DNA of 64,000 nucleotides from an uncultured Gammaproteobacteria bacterium (GCA_964552565.1 CAZKGL010000001.1:499061-563060); one strand, 5' to 3'; shown: positions 46,157-54,787, numbered from the stretch's first letter. Notes: generated from the letters alone by a model not told the origin. Numbers and translations: made by a program.

Positions 46157-47515
46157 CTATTCTTGCATGACGCGAACGAGCTCTTCGATCGTCGTCTGCT
46201 TCGCGATGACCTTGCGCGCGCCGTCTTCGACGACGGTCGTCATCCCCTCCTTGCGCGCCTGCGCTTCGATGTCGTCGCTCGACGCCCGAGTGACGATGAG
46301 CCGCTGGATTTCCGGCGAGTTCTCGAGGACCTCGTAGATGCCGACGCGGCCGCGGTAGCCGCTTTCGCCGCACTTCGCGCACTTCCCCGGCTTCGCGACC
46401 TCGATCGTCTGCGCGTCGCGGAACAGCGCGTCGACCGTTTCTTTGCTGAAGAGCTTCTCGGCGTCCGCGCGGGCGAGCTGCTCCGTGGTCATGCAGTCCT
46501 CGCAGACGCGCCGCACGAGGCGCTGCGCGATGGCGCAAATGAACGTCGATGCGATGAGGAACGGCTCGACGCCCATGTCGATGAGGCGCGGGATGGTCGT
46601 CGCGGAGTTGTTCGTGTGGAGCGTCGACAGGAGCTTGTGGCCGGTCATCGCGGCGTTCACGGCGATCTTCGCCGTTTCCTGGTCGCGGATTTCACCGACC
46701 ATGATGATGTCCGGGTCTTGGCGCAAAAGCGCGCGCAGCCCGGTGGCGAACGTCAGCTTCGCCACGTGGTCGACTTGGCTTTGGTTCGTGCCGGGAATTT
46801 CGAACTCGACCGGGTCTTCAATGGTGGCGACGTTCACTTCGCGCGTGTTGAGCACCTCCAAGATGGCGTAGATGGAGGTGGTCTTGCCGCTCCCGGTCGG
46901 GCCGGTGGCGAGGATCATGCCCCACGGCTTGCGGATGGCGCGCTGCACGCGTGCGAGGTCCTCTTCGGAAAACCCCAGCTGTTCGAGGGTGAGTTGGTGC
47001 GACTGGCTAGAGAGGAGGCGGAGGACCGCTTTTTCGCCGAGCGCGGTCGGGATGACGGACACGCGGACATCGACATCGCCGAGCGGACTTGTAAACTTGA
47101 AACGGCCGTCTTGCGGCGCGTGGTGCTCGTCGGTGCGCATCCGCGTCAGGATTTTCAGGCGGGCGATGACGCGGGCATGGAGCTCGGGCGCAACCGTGTA
47201 CTGGTCGTGCAGGATGCCGTCCACGCGGATGCGGACGACCGCTTCTTCCTTCCAGGGCTCGAGGTGCACGTCAGACGCACGGCTGGCGTGCGCGAATATC
47301 ATGAGCTGCTCGAACAGCTTGACTGCCGAGTCCTCCTTTGCGTGCGCGCCCGTCGCTTTGGCGATGAGGTCTTCGATCTCCTCCTTTGTGGGAAGTTTCA
47401 CCGAAGGATCCGGTTGCACCGCCGCCTTCGCGGCCGGCTTCGCGGGCGTTGCCGCAGGAACGTCAGCAATCGCGGCGGGCGCGTCGGCAACCGCTGCTCC
47501 TTTTTTCTTGGGCAT
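46157..47515 (-). CDS. pilB: type IV pilus assembly ATPase PilB/GspE
   Basis: Walker A GPTGSGKTT, Asp-box, His-box, tetracysteine motif; N-terminal low-complexity tail. Confidence 0.9.
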   Translation of the reverse strand: MPKKKGAAVADAPAAIADVPAATPAKPAAKAAVQPDPSVKLPTKEEIEDLIAKATGAHAKEDSAVKLFEQLMIFAHASRASDVHLEPWKEEAVVRIRVDGILHDQYTVAPELHARVIARLKILTRMRTDEHHAPQDGRFKFTSPLGDVDVRVSVIPTALGEKAVLRLLSSQSHQLTLEQLGFSEEDLARVQRAIRKPWGMILATGPTGSGKTTSIYAILEVLNTREVNVATIEDPVEFEIPGTNQSQVDHVAKLTFATGLRALLRQDPDIIMVGEIRDQETAKIAVNAAMTGHKLLSTLHTNNSATTIPRLIDMGVEPFLIASTFICAIAQRLVRRVCEDCMTTEQLARADAEKLFSKETVDALFRDAQTIEVAKPGKCAKCGESGYRGRVGIYEVLENSPEIQRLIVTRASSDDIEAQARKEGMTTVVEDGARKVIAKQTTIEELVRVMQE

Positions 47516-47656
47516 AGACGGAATGTCATGCGCATTTTACCGCATCACCCCATGCAACGACGATGTACATGTCCACACCGCGCTCGACGTTGCGGCGCGC
47601 GCGACGGTATACTGTGGGAAACGCGCGAAAAAGCGTACTAACAATTTTTTTGCACT

Positions 47657-48133
47657 ATGCAAAAGACTCAGCGAGGATTTACGCTCATGGAACTGCTCAT
47701 CGTCATTGCGGTCATCATCGTGCTTGCCGCGGCGGTGTTCGTCGCCCTTAACCCGGCGAAGCGCTTCCAGGATTCGCGCAACGCACGCCGCTCGAGCGAC
47801 GTCGCCGCGATCGTTGCAGGGTTGAAGACCGACCAGGTGGACAACGGCGGCACGTATCTCGCGTCCGTCGCCGCGCTGACCGTCGACACCGAATACCAGA
47901 TCGGCACGGCGGGTGCGGGCTGCGACAGCGGCTGTACCGCGGTGACGACCGAGGCGGCCTGCGCTGACCTCACCGGCCTCGTCACGGAAGGCTACCTCGG
48001 CAGCGTGCCGATGGACCCGTCGTCGGGCACGGCTGCAGAGACGGACTACTACATCATCCGCAACACGAGCGGCACCATCACGGTCGGCGCCTGCGATGCA
48101 GAAGGTGGCTCGACCGTCACCCTTTCGCGCTAA
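47657..48133 (+). CDS. type IV major pilin
   Basis: QRG-FTLMELLIVIAVIIVLAAAVF class-III leader, divergent from pilB. Confidence 0.85.
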   Translation: MQKTQRGFTLMELLIVIAVIIVLAAAVFVALNPAKRFQDSRNARRSSDVAAIVAGLKTDQVDNGGTYLASVAALTVDTEYQIGTAGAGCDSGCTAVTTEAACADLTGLVTEGYLGSVPMDPSSGTAAETDYYIIRNTSGTITVGACDAEGGSTVTLSR

Positions 48134-48144
48134 ACACCACACAG

Positions 48145-48178
48145 ACAAAAAACCCGCCGGTTGTACGGCGGGTTTTTT
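48145..48178. terminator. bidirectional intrinsic terminator A8-CCCGCCGG...CCGGCGGG-T6
   Basis: serves pilin (+) and tRNA-Tyr (-). Confidence 0.75.
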
Positions 48179-48263
48179 GGTGGGTCGGGAAGGGATCGAA
48201 CCTTCGAAGGCGTAAGCCAGCAGATTTACAGTCTGCCCCGTTTGACCACTTCGGTACCGACCC
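48178..48263 (-). tRNA. tRNA-Tyr(GTA), 86 nt with long variable arm, CCA encoded
   Basis: GGGTCGG acceptor, anticodon loop CTGTAAA, TTCGATC T-loop; close to E. coli tRNA-Tyr. Confidence 0.85.
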
Positions 48264-48311
48264 GGGAGGCTTCGCGGCATTATTCTGCCGCATGCCTGAA
48301 ACTTTTTCAAG

Positions 48312-48387
48312 TGGAGCCGGTGGTCGGATTTGAACCGACGGCCTGCTGTTTACAAAACAGCTGCTCTCACCCCTGAGCTACACCGGC
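48312..48387 (-). tRNA. tRNA-Thr(TGT), 76 nt, CCA encoded
   Basis: GCCGGTG/CACCGGC acceptor, anticodon stem-loop GCTGT-TTTGTAA-ACAGC, T-loop TTCAAAT. Confidence 0.8.
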
Positions 48388-48482
48388 GCGGGCTAAAGAA
48401 TAGCAAAGAAACGCGGTTTTCGCAAGCAATTCGGGTTTACATATGGCGAAGCCCAGGCGCGATGCCTGGGCCAAGCCTCCTT

Positions 48483-49319
48483 TCAGTAGAACGTCGCGCG
48501 GTAGTCGCTCCAGTCGTAGGTGCACTGCACCTTGAGCGCGGTCCGCGTCGCGTGGTTGTGGTACGTGAAGTGCAGGTCGTTGCTGCCGATGCCGTCCCGC
48601 TTCCAGTCGACGATCTCGTTCGTCGACGCCGCGTAGGGAGCTTCGGGATCGCCCGTGCGCCGCATGAGCGCGAGGCCGAGCCCGTCGACGAGGAGCACGT
48701 CGTCCTCGGCCATGACGCTCGTGTAGTGCTGCGCCGCGTCGTCGGGAACGAGCTCGCGGCCGTTCACGAGCGCGATCCAGCCGCCCACGTACGACCACGG
48801 CTCGGGGTCGCCCTCTTCCTCGTCCGTGTGCGGGTCGAGTCCGTACAGCTCGCCCTCGCGGCAATTGTAGTACTGCTCACCGGCCGCGACATGCATCGCG
48901 ACGTCGACCACGTCCGTCTCCTCGTCCACCTCGGTTTCGAACGGGACCATCACCAGGCGGTGGTAGTCGTTGACGATGAGCGGGTAGAAATCCTCGGTGT
49001 ACCCGTCCTCGTCCGGGAAGTACGGGTGCGCGAGGTCGGACTGCGTGACCTCGGGCCCGATGACGATGCGCACCGCGCCGGTGCCCACCGCGAACGTCGC
49101 GTGCGTTTCGCCCACCGCGAGTACGTCGCCGTCCCGGTACAGCGTGAGCGGCAGCGGGTGCGACTCGACCGTCCCGACACGCGGAACGACCGACAGCGTC
49201 GCGGTCGGCGATTCATACGGCTCTTCCGCCGCCGCCGTGTCGTCGCCGATGTCCGGCAAACCGGTTTCCTTGCCGGCGCCGTCCACACACCCCATCATCA
49301 CGAGCATCATGCCCCCCAT
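48483..49319 (-). CDS. lipoprotein, unknown function
   Basis: start MGGMMLVMMGC with GGGGGGA SD; the 470-aa track ORF is an upstream read-through across REP3. Confidence 0.5.
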   Translation of the reverse strand: MGGMMLVMMGCVDGAGKETGLPDIGDDTAAAEEPYESPTATLSVVPRVGTVESHPLPLTLYRDGDVLAVGETHATFAVGTGAVRIVIGPEVTQSDLAHPYFPDEDGYTEDFYPLIVNDYHRLVMVPFETEVDEETDVVDVAMHVAAGEQYYNCREGELYGLDPHTDEEEGDPEPWSYVGGWIALVNGRELVPDDAAQHYTSVMAEDDVLLVDGLGLALMRRTGDPEAPYAASTNEIVDWKRDGIGSNDLHFTYHNHATRTALKVQCTYDWSDYRATFY

Positions 49320-49441
49320 GTCATCCCCCCCAGGCAGGCACACGTCCCGCCACCTCATCCATGGCATACCGGAGGGGAATGTCAAGGAATCCTGCAAAAT
49401 GCGATGAAAACAAAAAAATACGCACGCCATCCCGAGCACTC

Positions 49442-49469
49442 GGAAGCTCAGCTTCGAAGCTGAGCTTCC
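49442..49469. repeat. orphan REP element GGAAGCTCAGCTTCGAAGCTGAGCTTCC
   Basis: identical to REP2; intergenic between DUF2231 gene stop and lipoprotein start. Confidence 0.8.
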
Positions 49470-49510
49470 GATGTCGTTTGCTGCGTTCGTGGGTGGGGTA
49501 CACCGACCGA

Positions 49511-49993
49511 CTATTCTCCGATAAGGATGTCGTAGATAACCCGCGCTGCGGGATCGATGTCCGGTCCGTAGATCATTGTGCCGCCAAGCGCGCCCGTAAC
49601 CGTCACGAAGACGAGACCGAGGACGGCGAGCGGGACCGCGACCGCGGGGCGCAGGATGAACGCCGCCGCGCGCACCAGCCGCGCCGGGGCTTGGGCTTTC
49701 AGGATGACGACGACGTGCGCGGCCGCGAGGAGCGCGAAGCACAGCAACGTGTACAACGCAAAGTCGCCGTGGACGTCGAGCAGCTTCGGCACCTCCCCGT
49801 CGATGCCCTGTTCTTGGATCCACCCGGTAAAGAATGTGGGAACCGCGGCAAGGGCGCCGAGGATGGCGAACCCGGCCTTCATGGGGAACCACCACGACTG
49901 CTTCGTCACCGCCGGCACGCGCGCAATCTCAATGACGGCGTACACCGTGAGCAGCGCGATCGGGAAGTGGACGAGGATCGGATGGAGGTTCAC
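49511..49993 (-). CDS. DUF2231-like membrane protein
   Basis: 4 TM, MNLHPILVHFPIALL start typical of the family; often next to cupredoxins. Confidence 0.5.
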   Translation of the reverse strand: MNLHPILVHFPIALLTVYAVIEIARVPAVTKQSWWFPMKAGFAILGALAAVPTFFTGWIQEQGIDGEVPKLLDVHGDFALYTLLCFALLAAAHVVVILKAQAPARLVRAAAFILRPAVAVPLAVLGLVFVTVTGALGGTMIYGPDIDPAARVIYDILIGE

Positions 49994-49999
49994 ACGCCC

Positions 50000-50536
50000 C
50001 TACTCTTCAACAACCAGCGTGCCCTTCATGCCCATGGCACGGTGGCTGCCGACCGAGCAGTAATACTCGAAGCTTCCCGCCGTGTCGGCGACGAACTCGA
50101 TCGTTTCCGACGCGCCTGCCGACAACTTCTGCGTTGCGGCGTTGAACTCGTCGATCTTCCAGTCATGGAATCCTTCCGCGTTCGTGAAGACGATGCGGAC
50201 CGTGTCGCCCTTCTTGACCGTGAGGCTCGTCTCCGAAAATGCGAAGTTGTTCCCGGTCACCGCAAACTCGCGCACGGTCGGTTCCGCAGCATCCCCGACG
50301 ATGATATTCGCAGTGCCGTCAGCGCCCACGTCAATCTCGATCGTCGCCCCGGCCGGGTCGTCCTCGCCCTCGACGACCATCTCCTCCGCGTCCGACGTCG
50401 TGCCATCTTCTTCAATCACCGGCATGGTCGCGGACGTGCCCGCGTCGACCGAGGTGTCCGTCGTGGATTCAGCAGCGCAACCGGCGCCGGCAAGCAAAAG
50501 GAGCGAGGCAACAATGAGTGACGTACGCATACACAC
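50000..50536 (-). CDS. plastocyanin/azurin-type cupredoxin lipoprotein
   Basis: lipobox LAGAGC; type-1 Cu ligands H...C..H..M (HDW...YYCSVGSHRAMGM). Confidence 0.75.
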   Translation of the reverse strand: MCMRTSLIVASLLLLAGAGCAAESTTDTSVDAGTSATMPVIEEDGTTSDAEEMVVEGEDDPAGATIEIDVGADGTANIIVGDAAEPTVREFAVTGNNFAFSETSLTVKKGDTVRIVFTNAEGFHDWKIDEFNAATQKLSAGASETIEFVADTAGSFEYYCSVGSHRAMGMKGTLVVEE

Positions 50537-50592
50537 GATTTCAAGAATAACCTGGCCTATTGTACCTCGTCAGAACGGATGGGCAATGGCGG

Positions 50593-51705
50593 TTATTCCA
50601 CAGCCCCCGCCAGCCGCTCCGCGTTCTTGTACGCGTACTTTTCTTGGACGTCGGGGTCCAGCCGCCCAATGAACGCCCGGGCGTAGTCGGTCAGCAACAA
50701 TCCCGTCTCGCTGTCGAGCGACCAGTCCGAACTCCACCCGCGGTCGGTGCCCCAAAGTACTTGGTCCTGATGCGCTTCGATGAATGCGCTCCACGTCGCA
50801 ATGTCTTCATCGAGCAATGGCTCGTAATCCTCGAAGTGCGCGAAGAACGCATCCCTCCCCACTTCCGGGCGCAACAGGAAGTCGTCGCCGTACAGTTCGT
50901 CGACGCCGTAATACACGTTCGGATGGTTGTCGAGGATCTCGCCCACCGCGTCGAGGTCCTGGTGCCCGTCGTCCTCGTAGACGACGAGCTGGTCGCCGTG
51001 GAAAATAAAGTTGATGTCGGGGTACATCTCCGCCGCGCGTTCGAGGTTGTCCTGGTGGCCGACGCCGAGATGGACGTACACAAGGAGGTTGTTATCCGCG
51101 ACGACCGGGTAGATCTCCAGCATGCGCGGATCGTCCGGCGGGAGTTCGGGAGCGCCGCCGTTGCGGGCGTACAGGCCGATTTCGCCATAGCCCTCGAAGA
51201 GGCCCGGCGCGATGGCGAGCATGGTTTCGAGCGTCGCCGCGTCGACCGTCGGGAAGCCGTCCGGGCGGTCGTCGCTGTCAGGCGGCATAATGAACGGGAC
51301 GAACTGGTCGGGGTAGCGCTCCATGGTGCGCGCCGCGACCTCGACCATCGGCTCGGCCATGTCCTTCCAGACGCTGAAGAAGCCGAAGACCTTGTCCGTC
51401 CCCTCGGTCGCAAACGTACAGGCGATGCTGTCCATGGTGAGGTTCACGCCAAGGATCGGCCGCTCCTCAAGGTCGCCGGGCAGCGCGAGGTTGACCGGAC
51501 CGTCAGGGATCGCCGGGATGTGGATGTGCGTGTCCCACAATGGCCCGGTGTAGGAGCCCTCCGGATACTCGCGGACGAGTTCCGGACAGTCGACGTCCGT
51601 AAATGCGGCATCAACGCGGTCACGGCTCGCAAGCAAACCAACGACGATGACGAAGAGCGCGAGCCACACGATTGCGACCGCGCCTTTGAGAAGCATACGT
51701 TTCAT
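50593..51705 (-). CDS. secreted amidohydrolase-superfamily (TIM-barrel metal hydrolase) protein
   Basis: signal/TM, HIHI metal-binding start of barrel; stop overlaps next gene. Confidence 0.55.
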   Translation of the reverse strand: MKRMLLKGAVAIVWLALFVIVVGLLASRDRVDAAFTDVDCPELVREYPEGSYTGPLWDTHIHIPAIPDGPVNLALPGDLEERPILGVNLTMDSIACTFATEGTDKVFGFFSVWKDMAEPMVEVAARTMERYPDQFVPFIMPPDSDDRPDGFPTVDAATLETMLAIAPGLFEGYGEIGLYARNGGAPELPPDDPRMLEIYPVVADNNLLVYVHLGVGHQDNLERAAEMYPDINFIFHGDQLVVYEDDGHQDLDAVGEILDNHPNVYYGVDELYGDDFLLRPEVGRDAFFAHFEDYEPLLDEDIATWSAFIEAHQDQVLWGTDRGWSSDWSLDSETGLLLTDYARAFIGRLDPDVQEKYAYKNAERLAGAVE

Positions 51706-51974
51706 ACGGGAAGTGCGATAATCTCCGGCTGTTCCTTTCCTGCATGATACACGCGGACGCTTGCGCCGTCCTCCGCGAGCTCGACCTTTGTCACTCCGCT
51801 CGAGCCGCCGCCTTCCCAGCCCGGTCCGCCCTTATATTCGCTGGATGATTCCCCGGAAAACGTCATGACGACTTCCCCGGTCTCTTCATTGATGACGTCC
51901 CACGCACGATCGATCTCAAGCTCATAGAGATCACCGTGCTCGTGTTCGCGTGGTTGGATGCGATAGGTGGGCAT
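51702..51974 (-). CDS. hypothetical 90-aa protein
   Basis: between HExxH gene and amidohydrolase, overlapping stops/starts. Confidence 0.4.
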   Translation of the reverse strand: MPTYRIQPREHEHGDLYELEIDRAWDVINEETGEVVMTFSGESSSEYKGGPGWEGGGSSGVTKVELAEDGASVRVYHAGKEQPEIIALPV

Positions 51975-51980
51975 AGCGTA

Positions 51981-52700
51981 TTACGGGACAAGCGTCGTTC
52001 CAGCCTTCTGCACCGCGACGAGAATCGCGTCCGTGAGCGCGTCAACGTCGGGATATGCGCCGGCCGCATACTTTTTCGCAAGCGTCCGGACGATTCGCGC
52101 ATGTTCAGGATAGCCCATCGACGGTTCGCGGAAGACGCGCACCCAGCCCGGGGAGTTTTGCACGACAGTGTTGAAGATTTCCGAAACGTGCCAGACGAAA
52201 AAGTTATGCTTCTTTGCGCGGTACTTCGGGAAACGCGCGTAAAAATAGTCGTAGAACATGAAGTGCAGCAATTCGTGGGCGATGACGACCGTCACGTAGC
52301 GGAGGTTGTTATGCTCGAAAGGAATCTGGAACGTCTTGTCGTCCAGAAAACGCGGGTACATGGCCCACAGCGTGCCGTAGGCGGTGTACTTCCCCTTCGG
52401 CCACGGACGCCCGGGGAAAAGCCGCGCGACGAGCGCGAAGTACCGGGCTTCGACCTTGCGCCACCGGACCTCGTGCCGCGCCAGCCGCGTTGCGAGCCAT
52501 TCCGGTTCGGCGTACTGCTCGCGGACGAAGCGGTTGAAAGCGTTTTCGTCGTATAGCTTCTCACGAAGCTCCGGCCATTTTGAGAAAAATGCCCATTCCA
52601 AGTTGCGACCGCCGGAGTACTTCGCCTCTTTGACGAAGCCTTTTGCGGTGTCGAGGTCTTTTGTTTTGCTGACGCGGAAGGTGACGTGCGGATAGCGCAT
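51981..52700 (-). CDS. HExxH-motif protein (putative zinc hydrolase/peptidase) in RiPP cluster
   Basis: real gene is the C-terminal 240 aa of the 711-aa track ORF (start MRYPHVTF); VVIAHELLHFMFYDYFY. Confidence 0.5.
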   Translation of the reverse strand: MRYPHVTFRVSKTKDLDTAKGFVKEAKYSGGRNLEWAFFSKWPELREKLYDENAFNRFVREQYAEPEWLATRLARHEVRWRKVEARYFALVARLFPGRPWPKGKYTAYGTLWAMYPRFLDDKTFQIPFEHNNLRYVTVVIAHELLHFMFYDYFYARFPKYRAKKHNFFVWHVSEIFNTVVQNSPGWVRVFREPSMGYPEHARIVRTLAKKYAAGAYPDVDALTDAILVAVQKAGTTLVP

Positions 52701-52762
52701 AAAAATGTAAAGGGGACGCGTCGAACGCGTCCCCTCAAGGGTAGCAGGTTGCTTCTGGCCGC

Positions 52763-54130
52763 TCAACCGGTCGCCGCCCGCTGGTTCTCGAACGCGTCCC
52801 AGAGGAGCCACTCGAGCGTGCGCTGGCTGTGCGCGCAGGCGCGCTCGTCGCGCAGGAAGCGGTCGCCGTGCTTGAGCTCGACGCTCGCCGGGCAGCCCCC
52901 GCCGCAGATGCCGAGCGCCGGACACGCCCGGCAGGCGGGCATGGTGAAGGGCGAGCGCTCGCGCCACTCGCCGAACAGCCGCTCGAGCAGGTCGTCGTGG
53001 TTGTCGTCGTAGACCGAGGCCGGGAAGTACGTGCGCGGCTTCACGAAGTCCTGGCAGACCCCGATCCGCCCGTCCGGCGCGATGACGAGCTGGTTGCCGA
53101 CCACGCCGCAGTCGGCGTACATCGGCCGCTGGTCGACGAACGCACGTGCCTTGCGCATGACGCGTTCCTCGTAGAAGCCGCGCGCGCGGAAGCGCTGGAA
53201 CGCGACGATCTGGCACTCGACCGCACGGCGGTAGTAATCCTCCGGCAGGGCGAGGTGCGGCGTGAAGTGCAGGAGGTTGAGACTGATGCCCTGCGCCTGC
53301 GCGAACTCGCCCTCGGTGAAGAAGTCGAGGACTTCGTCGAAGCGCGCGATGGCCTCGGGCGTGAGGGTGACCGACAGGCCGACCTCGACGCCGTGCGCGC
53401 GCAGCATCCGGAAGGCGCTGGTGATCTTGTCCATGACCGGCACCCCGGGACGCTTCGCGACGCGGTAGCGCTCGGTCACCTGCCGCGGGCCGTCGACCGA
53501 CAGCCCCACCGTCACGCCGTGCTGCGCGAACAGCCGCGCATCGGCTTCGGTGAGGAGCACGCCGTTCGTGACCATGGTGACGACCGTCGAGCCAGGCAGC
53601 GCGCCGCGTTCCTTGAGCTCGGCCACGTAGCGCACCGTCTCGTAGACCGCGTGACGGTTCACGAGCGGCTCGCCGCCGTAGAGGTGCACGACCTTCTTCA
53701 TGGCGGGGTTGCCGTGGCGCGCCGTCATGGCGGCGAACAGGTCGAGCGACGCCCGCACGGTCTCGTGGGTCATGCGCGTCGTTCGGAAGTCGCTGGCCAC
53801 GCCCGGCGTCTCCTCGAAGCAGTACGTGCACCGCAGGTTGCAGCCGTCGGTGACGAGGAGGTAGAGAAGCTCGAGGCTGATGGCCGAACGGAGCGCGGCG
53901 TACGTCTGCGCGAAGAGCGCGTCGTCGTCCGCGTCCGCGTCGACGAGCATGCCGAGGCTCCGCAGCCCCTCGGACACGTCGGGGTCGTCCGGCGCGCCGT
54001 TGACGGCGATCTGCCGCGTGATGGCCGCGAAGTCCGCCGAAGCGAGGTACGCGACCTGCAGCGTGAGCGTGTGGAAGAGCGCGACGACGCCGTCGCGCTC
54101 GAACGGGTGACACCACCGAGAGAGACGCAT
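52763..54130 (-). CDS. radical SAM / SPASM-domain peptide maturase with N-terminal RRE-like domain
   Basis: CxxxCxxC (DGCNLRCTYCFEE) ~100 aa from N-terminus, C-terminal SPASM Cys cluster (CRACPALGICGGGCPA); start at internal Met MRLSRW with GGAGG SD. Confidence 0.8.
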   Translation of the reverse strand: MRLSRWCHPFERDGVVALFHTLTLQVAYLASADFAAITRQIAVNGAPDDPDVSEGLRSLGMLVDADADDDALFAQTYAALRSAISLELLYLLVTDGCNLRCTYCFEETPGVASDFRTTRMTHETVRASLDLFAAMTARHGNPAMKKVVHLYGGEPLVNRHAVYETVRYVAELKERGALPGSTVVTMVTNGVLLTEADARLFAQHGVTVGLSVDGPRQVTERYRVAKRPGVPVMDKITSAFRMLRAHGVEVGLSVTLTPEAIARFDEVLDFFTEGEFAQAQGISLNLLHFTPHLALPEDYYRRAVECQIVAFQRFRARGFYEERVMRKARAFVDQRPMYADCGVVGNQLVIAPDGRIGVCQDFVKPRTYFPASVYDDNHDDLLERLFGEWRERSPFTMPACRACPALGICGGGCPASVELKHGDRFLRDERACAHSQRTLEWLLWDAFENQRAATG

Positions 54131-54139
54131 CGTGCCTCC

Positions 54140-54176
54140 AAAAAAGTGACGAGGGGGCCGGCAGACGGTCCCCCTC
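54140..54176 (-). terminator. attenuator hairpin (GAGGGGGACCGUCUGCCGGCCCCCUC) + U6 between precursor and maturase
   Basis: 7-bp GC stem, U-tract overlaps maturase SD. Confidence 0.6.
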
Positions 54177-54195
54177 GAGGTTGATCCCACCCCCG

Positions 54196-54306
54196 CTAGC
54201 AGCGGGTGCAGGAGGTGAAGCAGCAGTCGACGAAGTCGCGCCCCGGCTTGGGGACGGACCCGAGGACCTTCGTACGCGCGGAACGGGACAGGACGAGCAC
54301 CTTCAC
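54196..54306 (-). CDS. 36-aa Cys-rich RiPP precursor peptide (ranthipeptide/SCIFF-like): MKVLVLSRSARTKVLGSVPKPGRDFVDCCFTSCTRC
   Basis: GTG start 4 nt after GGAGG; 5 Cys in last 10 residues; immediately upstream of rSAM-SPASM; not in ORF track (too short). Confidence 0.7.
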   Translation of the reverse strand: MKVLVLSRSARTKVLGSVPKPGRDFVDCCFTSCTRC

Positions 54307-54362
54307 GGGACCTCCGGACGCGGAACGCAACGCAGGAGCGCGTGCGTATCCGGCCGAACACT

Positions 54363-54390
54363 ACTATACGGTGAATTCCGGCGGTGTCAA
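54363..54390 (-). promoter_or_regulatory. sigma70 promoter TTGACA-16-TATAGT driving RiPP operon, with adjacent 7-bp inverted repeat GCGCGTC-T-GACGCGC
   Basis: read directly on minus strand ~50 nt upstream of precursor start. Confidence 0.6.
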
Positions 54391-54457
54391 TTGCGCGTCT
54401 GACGCGCAGCGCGGCCGAATTCGGGATTGATCATAGCGCACCGAGTATTCCACGCGC

Positions 54458-54787
54458 CTACTTCATACGGTTCCAGATCTTCTCGTATGCATCCGCAACG
54501 GTTTCGGGAGCCCAGATGTAGACGAGGTACCCGCCCTCTTCGGACTCGATGTACAGTTTCGATTGCTCATCCGAAAGCTTCACGGTAGTGATCGGCGAAC
54601 CTCCCGCTTCGAGGTATTTGAAGAACTGTTGAAAATCAAACTCCACAAACTGACGCCAATATTCGCCCTCAGCAAAACGGCATTTGCCGGTCAGTGCGCG
54701 ATCCGCTTCTTCGCACACGGCAAGAATACCGGGGATATCTTTTTCATTGATCGCGGCAATAATGCGGTCGGTGACATGAGCAACCAT
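54458..54787 (-). CDS. NTF2/SnoaL-like small protein
   Basis: 109 aa from internal Met MVAHVTDRII; low-G+C islet. Confidence 0.4.
   Translation of the reverse strand: MVAHVTDRIIAAINEKDIPGILAVCEEADRALTGKCRFAEGEYWRQFVEFDFQQFFKYLEAGGSPITTVKLSDEQSKLYIESEEGGYLVYIWAPETVADAYEKIWNRMK

Noticed and set aside
51981-54116. 711-aa ORF spanning the rSAM gene region
   Set aside because: Its N-terminal ~470 aa are an Arg-rich out-of-frame overlap of the radical-SAM gene. Only the C-terminal 240 aa (HExxH protein, 51981-52700) look like real protein.
52763-54130. rSAM-SPASM protein as an anaerobic sulfatase-maturating enzyme
   Set aside because: The CxxxCxxC motif lies ~100 aa from the N-terminus (RRE-sized extension), and a dedicated Cys-rich peptide gene with attenuator lies directly upstream. 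No sulfatase gene is nearby.
54181-54430. plus-strand 73-74-aa ORFs over the RiPP precursor region
   Set aside because: They lie antisense to a promoter/SD-equipped Cys-rich precursor ORF in the canonical position upstream of its maturase.
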